From Catajapyx aquilonaris (lineage: Eukaryota): a stretch of DNA of 64,000 bases. Location: assembly GCA_000934665.2 (NCBI GenBank), contig KZ538394.1:1-64000 (forward strand). The letters run 5' to 3'. Position 1 is the first letter of the stretch. The number at the start of each line of letters is the position of its first letter. Both the position numbers and the translations under genes were made by a program. The notes under the pieces were generated by a model. It saw nothing but the letters and a program-made list of their open reading frames with translations. It ran no database searches and had not been told where the DNA came from. Positions 24,101-36,900 of the stretch are shown one piece after another.

Positions 24101-27100
24101 CTACCTTGGGCCCAGCACAAGTGTTGTGGTTTCAGAAGATAGGGTACAATAATTATAATAAAACATGGCTCTGAAGTGCATAAAAATCGACTTATGTATA
24201 ATGTTGCATTATGTTCCACTTATGCAAGTTGGGACTGCTGTATAACAAAACAATAAGGTAAAGAACCCAAACCTAGTACTGAGTCGGGCATGGAGTTGGA
24301 TTGAATCCTAGGATGGCAAAGGAACACCTTGCATAATCACCTGCACATGCTATTATAATGTTGCATCCCGTGATGGGCAAGTGGCTGCTCATGGGAATTC
24401 TTTCATTTTACCCCACTTTGTTATTCATTTCGTTACTGTTTGTGGATTTTGACAGTGGGTGGAAAAAAGAGAAAATCCATACCAACAGAGAGAGAACTGA
24501 CCAACACTCTTATCCACATGAAAAATATTCCTCATCTGAGCTGGGGTTTCAACTCAGCACCACAGCGGTGCCATGCTTAGATGCACATCATTGATTAACC
24601 CTTAACTACGTAGGTGGGCGAAACACCTTTAACTACGTAGGTGGAGCCTGAGAGGCTCCAACGGTATATTTAAATTTATGCTTATCAACTAAATTGTTAT
24701 ATTGGACTTTCCACATACGGAAAGTGCAGTTCAGATCATTAGGCTTCCGAAAACGTAAAAATCACATGCTGAGTCAGCATATTCTGACAGGGAAAAAATT
24801 TTAATTAAAAGGTTACATCAACAACTTTGAGCCGCTCTGGCTTCACCTGCATAGGGATAGCCTGAGTGGTTAGAGGGACCTGTTCCTTGTTATGAATTTT
24901 TTTAAACCAAAGAATAGGGACTAAAAAAAATTTTCTTTCCTTTTCAGGCTTAGGAAGGTTTTTCTGACAAAGTCACAGAAGGGCAGGGGAAAATAAATTC
25001 AATGAAAAAGTTACATGCGTTTAAATAGTGCTTGGAGCCTCTCAGGCTCCACCTACGTAGTTAAGGGTTAACTACGTAGGTGGCTGAAACACCTTTAACT
25101 ACGTAGGTGGAGCCTGAGAGGCTCCAACTGTATTTTTAAATTTCTGCTTATCAGCTAAATTGTTATATTGGACTTTTCACATACAGAAAGTGCAGTTCAG
25201 ATCATTAGGCTTCCAAAAACGTAAAAATCACACGCTGAGTCAGCATGTTCCGACAGGGAAAATTTTTTAATTAAAAGGTTACATCATGTTGGAGCCGCTC
25301 TGGCTTCACCTGCATAGGGATAGCCTGAGTGGTTAGAGGGACCTGTTCCTCTTTACGAATTTTTTTAAACCAAAGAATAGGGCCTAAAAAATTGTTTCTT
25401 TCCTTTTCATGGTTAGGAAGGTTTTTCTGACAAAGTCACGGAAGGACAGGGGAAAATAAAATTCAATGAAAAAGTTACATTTGTTTAAATAGTGCTTGGA
25501 GCCTCTCAGGCTCCACCTACGTAGTTAAGGGTTAATGGTACAGCCAAAATAAGTATTGTACTTTACAGACTGTACAACCAATTATTGACCCTCAAAAACA
25601 ACTTGTCTTTGTCTGTTTCTGACTTGAAGCAACATACATTACAGCTGCAATATTTTAACCACTTTTTGATCCCACACGTTGATATTGATCTCTCACTTTT
25701 GAACCATAACTGCAATTTTTCAGCACTGTCCTCAACAGTAACTACAACATAATATGCGTGTGCGCAACATATAAAGGTAATTTATAAAGGACTCAGAGCA
25801 TCAAAATTATAGCATTCCTGTCACTCTAACAAATCCAATGATGCTGGTCTGGTAATTGAAAATGATGAGAACTACTATCAGTTTTTTTAATATAGACCCC
25901 TGTGTTTGACTCGAAACAAGTCCCAGACAAACGATTAAAAAAAAAAAAAAAAGTTATATATCGTTCGAAAGCTTGTTTAAATCCACGTTACATAATATGC
26001 GAGTTGGTATCCTATTGTCAGTTTCCAATTTTTTATCGCAAAAAGAAGGCGGAAAAGTGTCATTTTTGGACTAGTTGCCGACGTTACGCAGCAAAGTGAA
26101 TTTTTTCTGACACCTCCCGGAGGCCAAAAAAATCACCCTGTGAACCCTGGATAGTGCAAATCTTTGTCTATCCAATGATATAATTGAAACATTGAAATCG
26201 CCATTTGTGTAATCATATTTAAGTTAATTACACACACCTGTTATCTCGGCCGTTTATAATCCAAAATTACTTCGCGATTGTATCAATGGCAAGCCAGAAA
26301 TGTGCGTGATAAGATTACACTGTACTCTATTACACGAAATTTTTTAAAGTACCGTATTTAAAAGTATCATCGTCTATTCCAGTCAGAAATCGGGCTGGGT
26401 ATTTGTCTATTAAACTTACTAAAACAATACTTTAAAAAATTTCGTGTAATAGAGTACAGTGTAATCTTATCACGCACATTTCTGGCTTGCCATAGATACA
26501 TTTGCGAAGTAATTCAGATTATAAACGGCCGAGATAACAGGTGTGCAATTAACTTAATTATGATTACACAAATGGCCATTTCTAAGTTTCAAATATATTA
26601 CTAGATAGACAAAGATTTGCACTATCCAGGATTCACAGGGGGATATTTTGGTATCCAGGAAGTGTCAAAAAATTCACTTTGTGGCGTAACGTCGGCAACT
26701 AGTCAAAAATGACACCTTTCCACCTTCTTTTTGCGATAACAAATTAGAGACTGATGATAGGAAAACAACTCGCATATATGTAACGTGGATTTAAACAAGA
26801 TTTCTAACAATATATAACTTTATATTTTTGAATCATTTGTCCCAACATACCAGGGCAATGCCGGGTAACCTGCTAGTATTAAATAAAAGGATATAAGACA
26901 TTAACTGGCATTGAGAGTTTCATAAGAGACATGTGGACTCATTTGTTGGTTTCCTACATGTGAAAATTCAAATAAGAAATTACACATGATAAAAATAACC
27001 TTGCTGATGATAAAAGCATGTCCTTAATCCTATAAAACTTGTACAACAACAATGCTAAAAACTGGTGACATGGTCACAGATGTTCATGAAATCCAAGTTT

Positions 27101-30100
27101 GAATTGCTAAAAATTTTTATCTTCCTGATGATGTGTCTGATGGCAATTAGATTGAAAGTACTGACCACTCCAAGGTTCTTCCAGTCAAGCAGCTCACTCA
27201 GTCGCTCAGTCCTATTCCTTTGGATGATCCTCTGTCGTCGATTCATTTTGGTGAAGTCATGCATGAATGATGCAAGTTGACGTATGGAGTCCTCCACTGA
27301 TATGTACCTTCTGTCCACAATGTAAATTCCATAGCTTTTAGGGTCAGCAATGTACTCTGCCATGAAGCACCCAAACCCAGAGAGGTTTGTAGTTATGGAG
27401 GGAATTCCCATTACTGTACATTCAGCTGGAGTGTAACCCCATGGCTCATAATAGGATGGAAACACACCAAGATGACAGCCTCTCACAAAGTCCTCATAGT
27501 CCAGAGGGAAGAGTGGGTTTGTGGAGGAAAGAAACTCAGGATGAAAAATGACCTTCACTCGGTCCTGGCGATGGTTGAAAAGCTGGCAGCGCCGCACTGC
27601 ATTTAAGACTGGGTCACTCCAATCGTCCGTGACATTGTGGGTTGTCACGGGAGGAAGTGAGTTGCGTTGGAGGGCATACAGGCACCTTTTCACCTTCACA
27701 AGGTCATCTTTCAGTAGAAGCTCATCTGGACTTGGAAGGCGGCCACTATAAGCAAAACAAATATTTTACAGTATTCCATTATTATATTAAGTCATGCCAG
27801 TCAACATGAAGTATAGCAGTGTCAGTTACCTCCTACCAAATTAGTCTATGGAGTGGATAACCACGTCACTATAATTATGTAGATAGCCCCTTTCCATATC
27901 ATACATTCCAAACTCAAAAGTCCATCCAAACTCACCTGAGACATATCTCGTACATTCGTTTCCCAACCTTGATTTGTATATCATGGATGGTGTCTCTTAG
28001 GCTCTTGGTCACTGCCTGTCCTCTAAGGCTATCCACATTAAAGTTGTTCGTCTTAGCAGGGAAGATCATGAAGGCGACCACAGTCATATCTGATTCAGTA
28101 GTCTTCAGGAAGTGATTTAGACGAGCCAGAGCTTCAATGAACACATCTGCACCTTTGTTGGTGAACTCATACCGACCCGCAATGAAAAAGTATAAGGTCT
28201 TGTCCAGGTCAAAGTCATAGTGCCTGCAAACAAAAAAAATTAATACAAATACATCCTTAGATAAATGCTTGGAAAATAATTATGGAAAGAAGAAGCACTT
28301 CTTAGGCTTTTCCTTCTTTGGGCTGTGGAAGGATTGGGCTTGGTAGCGGGAACTCACACCGATGTTGCTGCACAGGGTAGTAGTCAGGAACCAAGAGGTG
28401 AGGTGAGGTCATGAAAGGAAATTAAGGTTAGGTTGCCAATTAAAATGAATTAAACAGGATTCTCATTATGTCACTCTAACAAGAAAGTTGAATTTAAGAG
28501 ACTTGCTAACTTTTGAACTTCCATTCTACTTTTTAGACATGTATACCGAAAGTGCTTCTGTACAACAGGATAACATTGCCAAAAATAGCGAACAGTCCTA
28601 GAGCAGAACTCACTCTTCCATTAGTAATCATTACAATGCCAAAGACATGTTCCTCTTAACTCTTAGCCCTCTGGATCCCTCCTGCACATTGTATTGTATC
28701 ATTGCCGGGAGGCTGAGAGGGAATGGTAATACCCATGTCCATAGATAAAAAGCTCCTGGGCTTGATCCCAAGCCTTTCTCACTTTGTGTGGAGTTTTGGT
28801 CTCTCCAGCTTCATCTAGGGTGGTATTTACTGTAGTGCTAACCACCTGTGGAACACCCTAAAAGGGCTCTCTCTGACTTGTACTTCCCCTCTCTTGCTTG
28901 TATGCCTGGGCATTACTCTAAAATCTTTGTAACATATGCAATGGACATGAGCTTCCTGCCACTACCACTACCTGAGTATGCTACCATTAAGTGAGGCCAA
29001 GGAAAACAATAAAACATTGTTGGCTATTATCACAGGCTCACCTGAGCCCACCACCCCAATGGATTTCAACACCTCCCTTCCACCCTCTCTTCTACGAGGG
29101 GAGTTGAATAAGTTTTGGGCCTGAGGTACTCACACTTAAGTGAGGGGGACCAAACTTTGTCATTGTTCAACCTAGTCCCCTCAACAACGGATGCATTTTC
29201 TTATCAGCTTTCCAGCCCCTGGATTCCTTGGGGGGGGGAAAAAATTATTCTCCAGGCCACCCAACCACTCCTTCACTTCAGCTGTCACTCTTGGTCCCCT
29301 CCAAATCTTGACCTACAAAGAGGTTCTTTCAACTTTGGGAATAAGAAAATGTCTGACAGGGGCGAGGAGGAAGGTAGTAGCAGCAGCCATGAGCTTCACG
29401 CTGGGCAACATTGTGATGAATGTGCTAGGGATTGCCACCATGCAGCAACTTTCTGTGTCACTTCTCCTTGATGGTTTCCACAATTTCTTCAAGAGGTCAG
29501 CATAATAAGGTCCTGCTCTAGTTCTCCCATGCTGTAAGTATACCACGAGCAACACCCCTTCCAAATTCCAAACAATGCTTGCCAACAACCTACCCCCTGA
29601 TCGTTGTGGCAGGGGGAAGAAACGAGGGAAACTGGAGTACCTCCTCTCTTTGTTCTGGGCTTTGCTTTCAAGATCATAGTGGTAAATCCACATTTTGCCC
29701 TGGGTCACATATTTGGGCCAGAAACTTATTGGGATCTGCTGCCCATCGACTGAGAGAAGCCATTGAAATCTGCACTCTAATCCTATTCTGGTTGGGAGTT
29801 ACCATTCTTGGTACTCATCAGGCACAGATTTTGTGGTACCCAAGGGTACAGACAGTATTGATTGCACTGCACCAATGAACATGCCCATGGACAGGGCCAT
29901 TTCATGGATGGTCAATTGGTTATTTCATGTACTGTACCATAATATCCTGAATTATGTTGACATTTTCTGTTGTGAATGTGGTGGCAAGGCTTCCTTTGTC
30001 GAGGTAATCGGTGGTGTTCTCCCTCCCCATACAAAATTGTTGCACCCACCACCTCTTGATGTTGATGCATGGGAGAGCATGTATTTTGGTGAGGTTCTTA

Positions 30101-33100
30101 AAGCGATATTTGAAGGCACCTTGCAGTGCCACTTTATTCATGGCATGATATTTTGCAGTATTGCTTGCAAAGAATATGAGTCTCAGTACCAGGAAGTTCA
30201 TTCTCATCAGTTAGTTTCTTATACAGTACTTCAGGCCCAAAACATCGAATTCCTCTCGCAAAATACTCAGCCATTTCGCCTCGAGAGCCTTAAAGAAGAG
30301 AGTCACCAACTTGTTATGTAAGGTCGTCTCTGATTTGTTGGAGTAATACATAACTCCAGCGAATCAGAGACGACCTTATTAAAATTACGTATTTTGGATT
30401 GTCGATGTGTTTTAAGCGGGTTGCCATCTTGAATTGCTATGGAAACGGCCACTGGCTCTGACGTCACGATTGTAGTTCAGGCCTTTGGCTGCATCCAAAT
30501 TGTGCAGGGGCATCCGAATATCGTTCTTTTGTCCACCGTTTCCAAAGCAATTCAAGAAGTTGGCCCCCTTATTACATGTAAACATTCCAAAAATTACTCC
30601 AACCAATCAGAGACGACCTTACATAATAAGCTGGCGACTCTCTTCTTGAAGGCTCTCTAATTTCGCCTATTCTGACACAAGCACCCTCACCATGACAACT
30701 GTTTGTGCTCCCTGACTTTTGCTCTCTACCAGAGCACTTGAAAAATAGGCTTAATTGCAAGAAATCATCAAGTTGAGTTTCCTCCACTAACCCTTCCTCT
30801 TAAGAGAAAGAAGAATAATAATGGCTATCCCATAGCCTGTGGACTCGTAGGGAATCCTCTTTTCAAACCTGTCTTTTTAAATTAACTGTGCTGCTCAGGA
30901 GAAATGAAGATTTTATAAATGCTCCCTTTATGGAATTAATGGCTTCTTTACTTCAAACCCACATTAGCGGGACAAGTAGAAATATTAACTGACATCTCCC
31001 ATGTTGTGGATTTTATTCTCGATTGAGGGGGAGGAAGTTATCCAGGGCGTGGAGGTGTTAAATATGGTATGGAATCCATGATAAGAAAGCCGCATGTAGC
31101 ATTTCTCCACCACAACCACGAATAAAATTGCATGTACCAGTTCACATATCCACTGGTTGTGCTACAGCTGCTACATGTAAGCATATTCTTCCAAGAAGAC
31201 TAACTAACAATTGCAAATTTTCCTAATTAGCTTTAAACTCCACTTATTTATATTGTTTAACGAAATACTGATAGAAAATTGATCAATTAATTTACATTTT
31301 TATTGATGTGATAATGAAATTGCAACATTTTTTATCCTGCAACAGGCCTAATGTATTACTAATTATTAAGTTCCTGATGTTGCTATCATATGAATAGTAC
31401 ATATTGTAAAGCTTTATTGAAAAGTCTCTTCTTGTAGTAAGAGGGAGAATATTTCTCTCTAATCGTACACATGTTCCTGCAGGAAATAAATAAAATTCCT
31501 TCCTTCCATCCTTACTTACTATGCTTGTGTTAGTTAGTGGTATGATTATTAGGATTATGATTGATATTATTAGTGCAATTACACCTCCTAATTTGTTTGG
31601 GATTGACCGTAACCATAGGTGCTCTAGCTGCTACACTAATTTTCACTATCCCCTGCAGGTTGAATTATAGTAACCCAAGTAATGCTTGCTTCACCATGGA
31701 ACAAGACTGTTATACTTGCTCACCCATAAAAGTGCCCTCTCACAAACTCATTGATCTTCTCCTTGGATATAGCATGGAGATTCTGGAACTCATGTAGAGC
31801 ACTGAACTTCCTCACATTAAGACCATTGGGTGTGATCAAATCAGGTTTCCGATGTAGCAGATGCTCCGCCTCGAAACCGGTAATCTCTGACACTGTTGTA
31901 AAGATGTGAGTCAGATGTGTGGCAGCTCGCTCGATGCAGTACTTGTGGTATATGGTCCGTTTTCCTGCCTCTTCATCCAGTTGAAATTTGTCTATGTTAT
32001 TATAGAAGTCTGTTGAACCTGCACACAGGTATCGCCCCAGCAGTGTGGCATGGGTTGTGAAGACAGTGGCTACATCTGTCTTCCATAGTCGAGTCATCAT
32101 AAGGCCCACACCAGCAAGCCACTCATGAAAATGGGCCACCACTTTAGGGGGCACATCTGTATTGCTTGCTGCAGCTATGCGAAACAGACCTAAGAATTGC
32201 GCCACCAGGAAGCCAAACATCACAGCATCATTTGTCTCCATGTCCTGTGCCATGTGAGGAGGAAAACATGAGGTTGATTGTGAATTTTTATGATATATTT
32301 GTGAGATGGCATAATAGCAATTTAAATCTCCTGTCCCTAGCATACCATCCTAAATGAATCATGTTAGAGAGATGTTCAAGTAACTTCAGCCCTCCTCAGG
32401 ATTCTCTATCCATGACACAATGTTTTGGCAGCACTGATTGTAAACACTGAACCCACCTCAGACAGACCCAAGAACAGAGAGGTGTGTGAAAGTGAGCATA
32501 CTTGAGGTGGATAGAGTGGATGGTGGTGAAGGCTGACCTTAACCTCCAAATGCAGGTTGTTATCATCAGGTTTGCAGAAAAATGGGGGAACTGTGGCAGT
32601 CCCAATACTTTTTTGATGAAACACTTCATGTACATTTCATACCATATGGATGGTTCAAATATAATAATAACAATTTTATTTTGCCATGGGCGATTAGCCC
32701 TTTTGGCGGCAATGGTTCAAATAAAACAAAGGGAGGAAATATCTCCGGTGCTATTTGTTTCAGCTGGGTGCTAGTGGTAGCTCTGAGTAGGCACATATTA
32801 TAGCTAATGGCAATGCAAAGTGGTTCACAGTCAGAATGCATGTAGTGGCTAAGAGAGCATTTTGTGCAAGACTTTGTCCACTAAAACAACGTTCTTTGGG
32901 GTGATGACAACACGGGGCTAACCAGTCTCCGCAGGACCTCCATGTGCACACATCTGGTGTTGTGCTCGCTGGGACGAATCGACGGCCCTTGCACATAGGT
33001 GTGTACTGATTCTGTTGTCGCTAGGGGGTCTCCCATCACTCATCAACCAGCCTATCCCATTGTGTGTTCCAATGTTTGTCAAAAAGAAGGTATGCTGGTA

Positions 33101-33891
33101 TCTATTTTTTTATTGGCATTATTACGTTGATTTCCATGGCTTTGAATTTTGCATCCTTGCTTATCACTTGACGGGTGGAGGCATCACAACTACTTTCTAA
33201 ATATAAGGAGTGCAGATTATATGATACAAAACACTTTTCCATACTAAATCCTATGTGCCACTTCAAGATGTTCAAATGTGCCCCCAACAGTTCACTCGAT
33301 GTATAGTCATCCCCATGGTTGAGACATCGGTCCCAGGAGTCCACAAGTTTTGCCATACCATCTGCAAAGAAGAGCACCAGCTTCTGCATAAACCATTCCT
33401 CTACTACATCATGTACTTCTTGCTGGTGTTCACATCCTGAGCCAAGGCACAGACAGTCACCATGCAGTTTTCCTGCACCATTGTCCACCAAGGCAATGTT
33501 CTCTGGGGTGATGACAACACCTGCAAGCCCAGGTTGCAGAAAAAGGTCCTCTATGAGCACATATCTGGCCCAAAATTTCCTACACCATTTGATGATGGTG
33601 TTGTAGTTGAAACAGGCTTCCCATGCTCCCTCTGCATCTGACAGACAATGTCCACTGGCATGGTGTCTTCCTTGCAGAGGAACTGGATAACTCCTTGTTA
33701 TGCCTCCTTGAATGAATCCAGGGCTCTCCTGCCCAAGACATTTGTACTGACCAGTGACCACGAACCACTTTGCATGACGAGTAGCGGTACATGTGCCTAC
33801 TCAGAGGTACCACTAGTGCCCAGCCAAAACAAATGGCACCAGAAATATTGCCCCACATTATGTTTCATTTGAACCACCTTATACATGTCTG

Positions 33892-33961
<70 letters not shown>

Positions 33962-36900
33962 TTTTACAGTACCCCATTATCAGGCCTTGGGCCCTTTTTA
34001 GGGGAGTGGAATACCACTATTTTTGGAACCGCATATGATATTATTTAATTGTTCCAAGGGTAAGTAGGAGGGGATGTGCAAAGTGCAAGTGCAATGTCGC
34101 ATATTGGTCATTTTGTGAACTCCCCCGGGTGGATTAGTCTAGCGGAAATTTCCACCCGAGACGAAGCCAGAGATGGCCCAACTCTGCACGAGATGAAGGG
34201 GGGAACCCCGGGCTGGGAGCGAACCCGGGACCTTAACATCCATGGGTGCGTGCGTTACCGCAGCACCACTCCGCCTCCCCATGGGATGGGAATATTATTC
34301 ACATACTAGCCCATGAAAAAACACTTTTCTGCAATCAGTTCTGGCCCCAGCTCACTTAACACCATACAATCATATGGCCAACATTCCAATTTATGTTTTT
34401 TGGCATGAGAATTGTGGATCCAAGAATAACTACCACCTTGACATTATAATATTTACCAGGCTAATACAGTCCAGATGATGGTTGCATTCACTACTAGTTT
34501 ACTTAAGGGTGGTATCCACTGCTCAATATCAAGGGGTTTCAACCGTTCAACCCCTTGAATCAACCCCTTGAGCGGGCTTGAACCGAGTAGAGCATGGCCC
34601 TACTTGATTCAACCCCTTGAATTCAATGGGTTGAATCAAGTAGGGCCATGCTCTACTCGGTTCAAGTCCACCCTTTAAGGAGAGAAAACCCTGATAAGAT
34701 GGTACTGTAACCATGAAAATATCTCCCTCAGACCTGTCAATGCAGGCTAAGCACGTCAAGAGGTCAAATTTTCTTATCTACCTCCACAGAGCTCATTTTC
34801 ATGCACTTCCCTCCCCTTGAGCAGTCTTGATGCTCATAATCTGTGCTGAAAACACTTGAGGATGCTCTTTTCCTTCATTGACTTACCAAAGCTTTCCATG
34901 GACTTCATAAAACATAACGGCACTGATATTTTTGGTGCAAATGGTATATCAAAAGGTCAACTCATAAAATCAAAGATAAGGGTTGCAAATAATGATTTAC
35001 ACTTTGTAAGCTACATCAACAGCATCCAACATACACACACCTACAAACCTACTTTATATTTACAGCCTGCCACAAAATCAAAATAAGTGTAACCCTTGTG
35101 TTGAATCAATTACTATATACCTGGTGGGGGACTCCAATGTTGCACTTGTCCCACAGCTCTTGTTTCCATTCATCAAGTTTCCAAGCAGCGGACCCAATAT
35201 CAAACAGAATGATCTGGGGGTTGCCATCAACCAGCCACGTGCCTGTGTGGACCTGCAACACGTAAGAAGTTGAGAGTTAATTTATTAGTACAACATTAAT
35301 CACATAATTCCCCCCCTTAAAGGGACACTCCACTCAAAATACAAGTTGGCCCCCAAAAATCGGGCAAAAAATCCTGATTCCGAATGTGCAATCGGTTTTT
35401 TCCTACGCCCGACGGTAACACGGAAAATCATATATCTACACACGTCGTCTGCTAAGAAGGGCGATACAACAGCACCCCGCGGCAAGCCGGAGAAGTAGAG
35501 AAGGTGCTCAACAACTGCCGCGCCAGGCCATGCTCGCCTCCTGTGCTCGCCTGGCGCGGCAGTTGTTTGTTGAGCACATTCTCTAATTCCGCCCGGTTCC
35601 ACTCTGGTGGCGTCGCCACCTGTGCCCACCTGCCCCGCGCGCGGTTTTCGAACGACACACTTCCAGCTTTCACACTGGCCTTACCGTTCGTCTCTAAGAA
35701 AAACTGCTTATACCCTCGGAATCAGGATTTTTTGCCCGATTTTTAGAACCCAACTTGCATTTTGAGTGGAGTGTCCCTTTAAGACATGCTATTGCCATAG
35801 AGAGATTGACATCCCTGCTTATTCTTGCACATGTTACCATTGACGCTTGTTCAGCTAAATCTATAATATTAAAATTGTAGTGGGCGTCCTATGTATAAGC
35901 CCTCTGATTGGTCCTCCGCATATTGTTACCGCCACCTTCCGATTGGCCATCATTCATTGTTACCTCCACATATTGTTACCACCCCACTCCCTTTGGCCCG
36001 TGTTCTACATACATATGCAAGTAGACGATGGGTATATTGGGAATAGGCCTTTTCGGAAGATGTAGGTTTGTTAACCGATAGCTGAAGGCAGCACAATTCT
36101 TAAGTTTAAGGTCATAAAATAACAGATCAAAATGCGTGCCATTTATTGCCAGTTGTTTTGGGATGCGTTGTTAGATACGCAGCATGGTGAGCCAGCCAAA
36201 ATTATTGTGGGACTATCACAGGGGATATGCATTTTCTACTGTTAGGGGGAAATACCGTAGTGGCACAGTTTGCACCACAAATTAGGAAACTACAATAAAT
36301 GCAGCCCACCATAATTGTTACGTTTCTCTTCATCACATATTGTGGTCGAATTTTTAACGGCTTCTAATACGGAATCATGGATCATATGTGAACGCACTTT
36401 AAAACAGAGGAACGGGTGGGGGTGGGGGCTGGTGGTATATGATTGGGGGATGGAAATCATCACTGGCTGTAAGTCTGAAGGGATCAAAAATGCAGTGTCC
36501 ACCGAAGTCTGAAGCAATTAACAATATGGCCTCCACCACTCCACGCTGCAGGCCTAGAAAAAAGCAAGCAAAGCGAGTGGCTTTCCTGGCCTGTCATAGA
36601 AAATGCGAGCGAAGCGAAGGTTTTCCAAGTAATATTTTAATTCCTTTAATGTTGGCATCCATTTTTCAGCCTCCTCAAATACACTTTTACATACCCTGTA
36701 ATTTGAATGTGTTCACATGGCAAATGATTGATGCTATGAGGAGAGTTTCCAATACTCTACCTGAACACTGCTAAGACATTTAGTATGTGGGCAATGACAG
36801 GTGCGCCAACTTGCTTATTGTCTTACCAACAGTTTAATGGAAAGTGAAGAGAGACATACCTTATATCCTCTCTCTCTCATCTTGGTAACTGCTACCTGTA

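Noticed and set aside
24599..25531. Recurrent TTAACTACGTAGGTGG as a CRISPR-like repeat
   Set aside because: It occurs in both orientations as terminal and subterminal repeats of a duplicated MITE, with no unique spacers.
34200..34280. tRNA gene
   Set aside because: A and B boxes are present but there is no cloverleaf, and the sequence continues into a repeated body and tail, so it is a SINE head.
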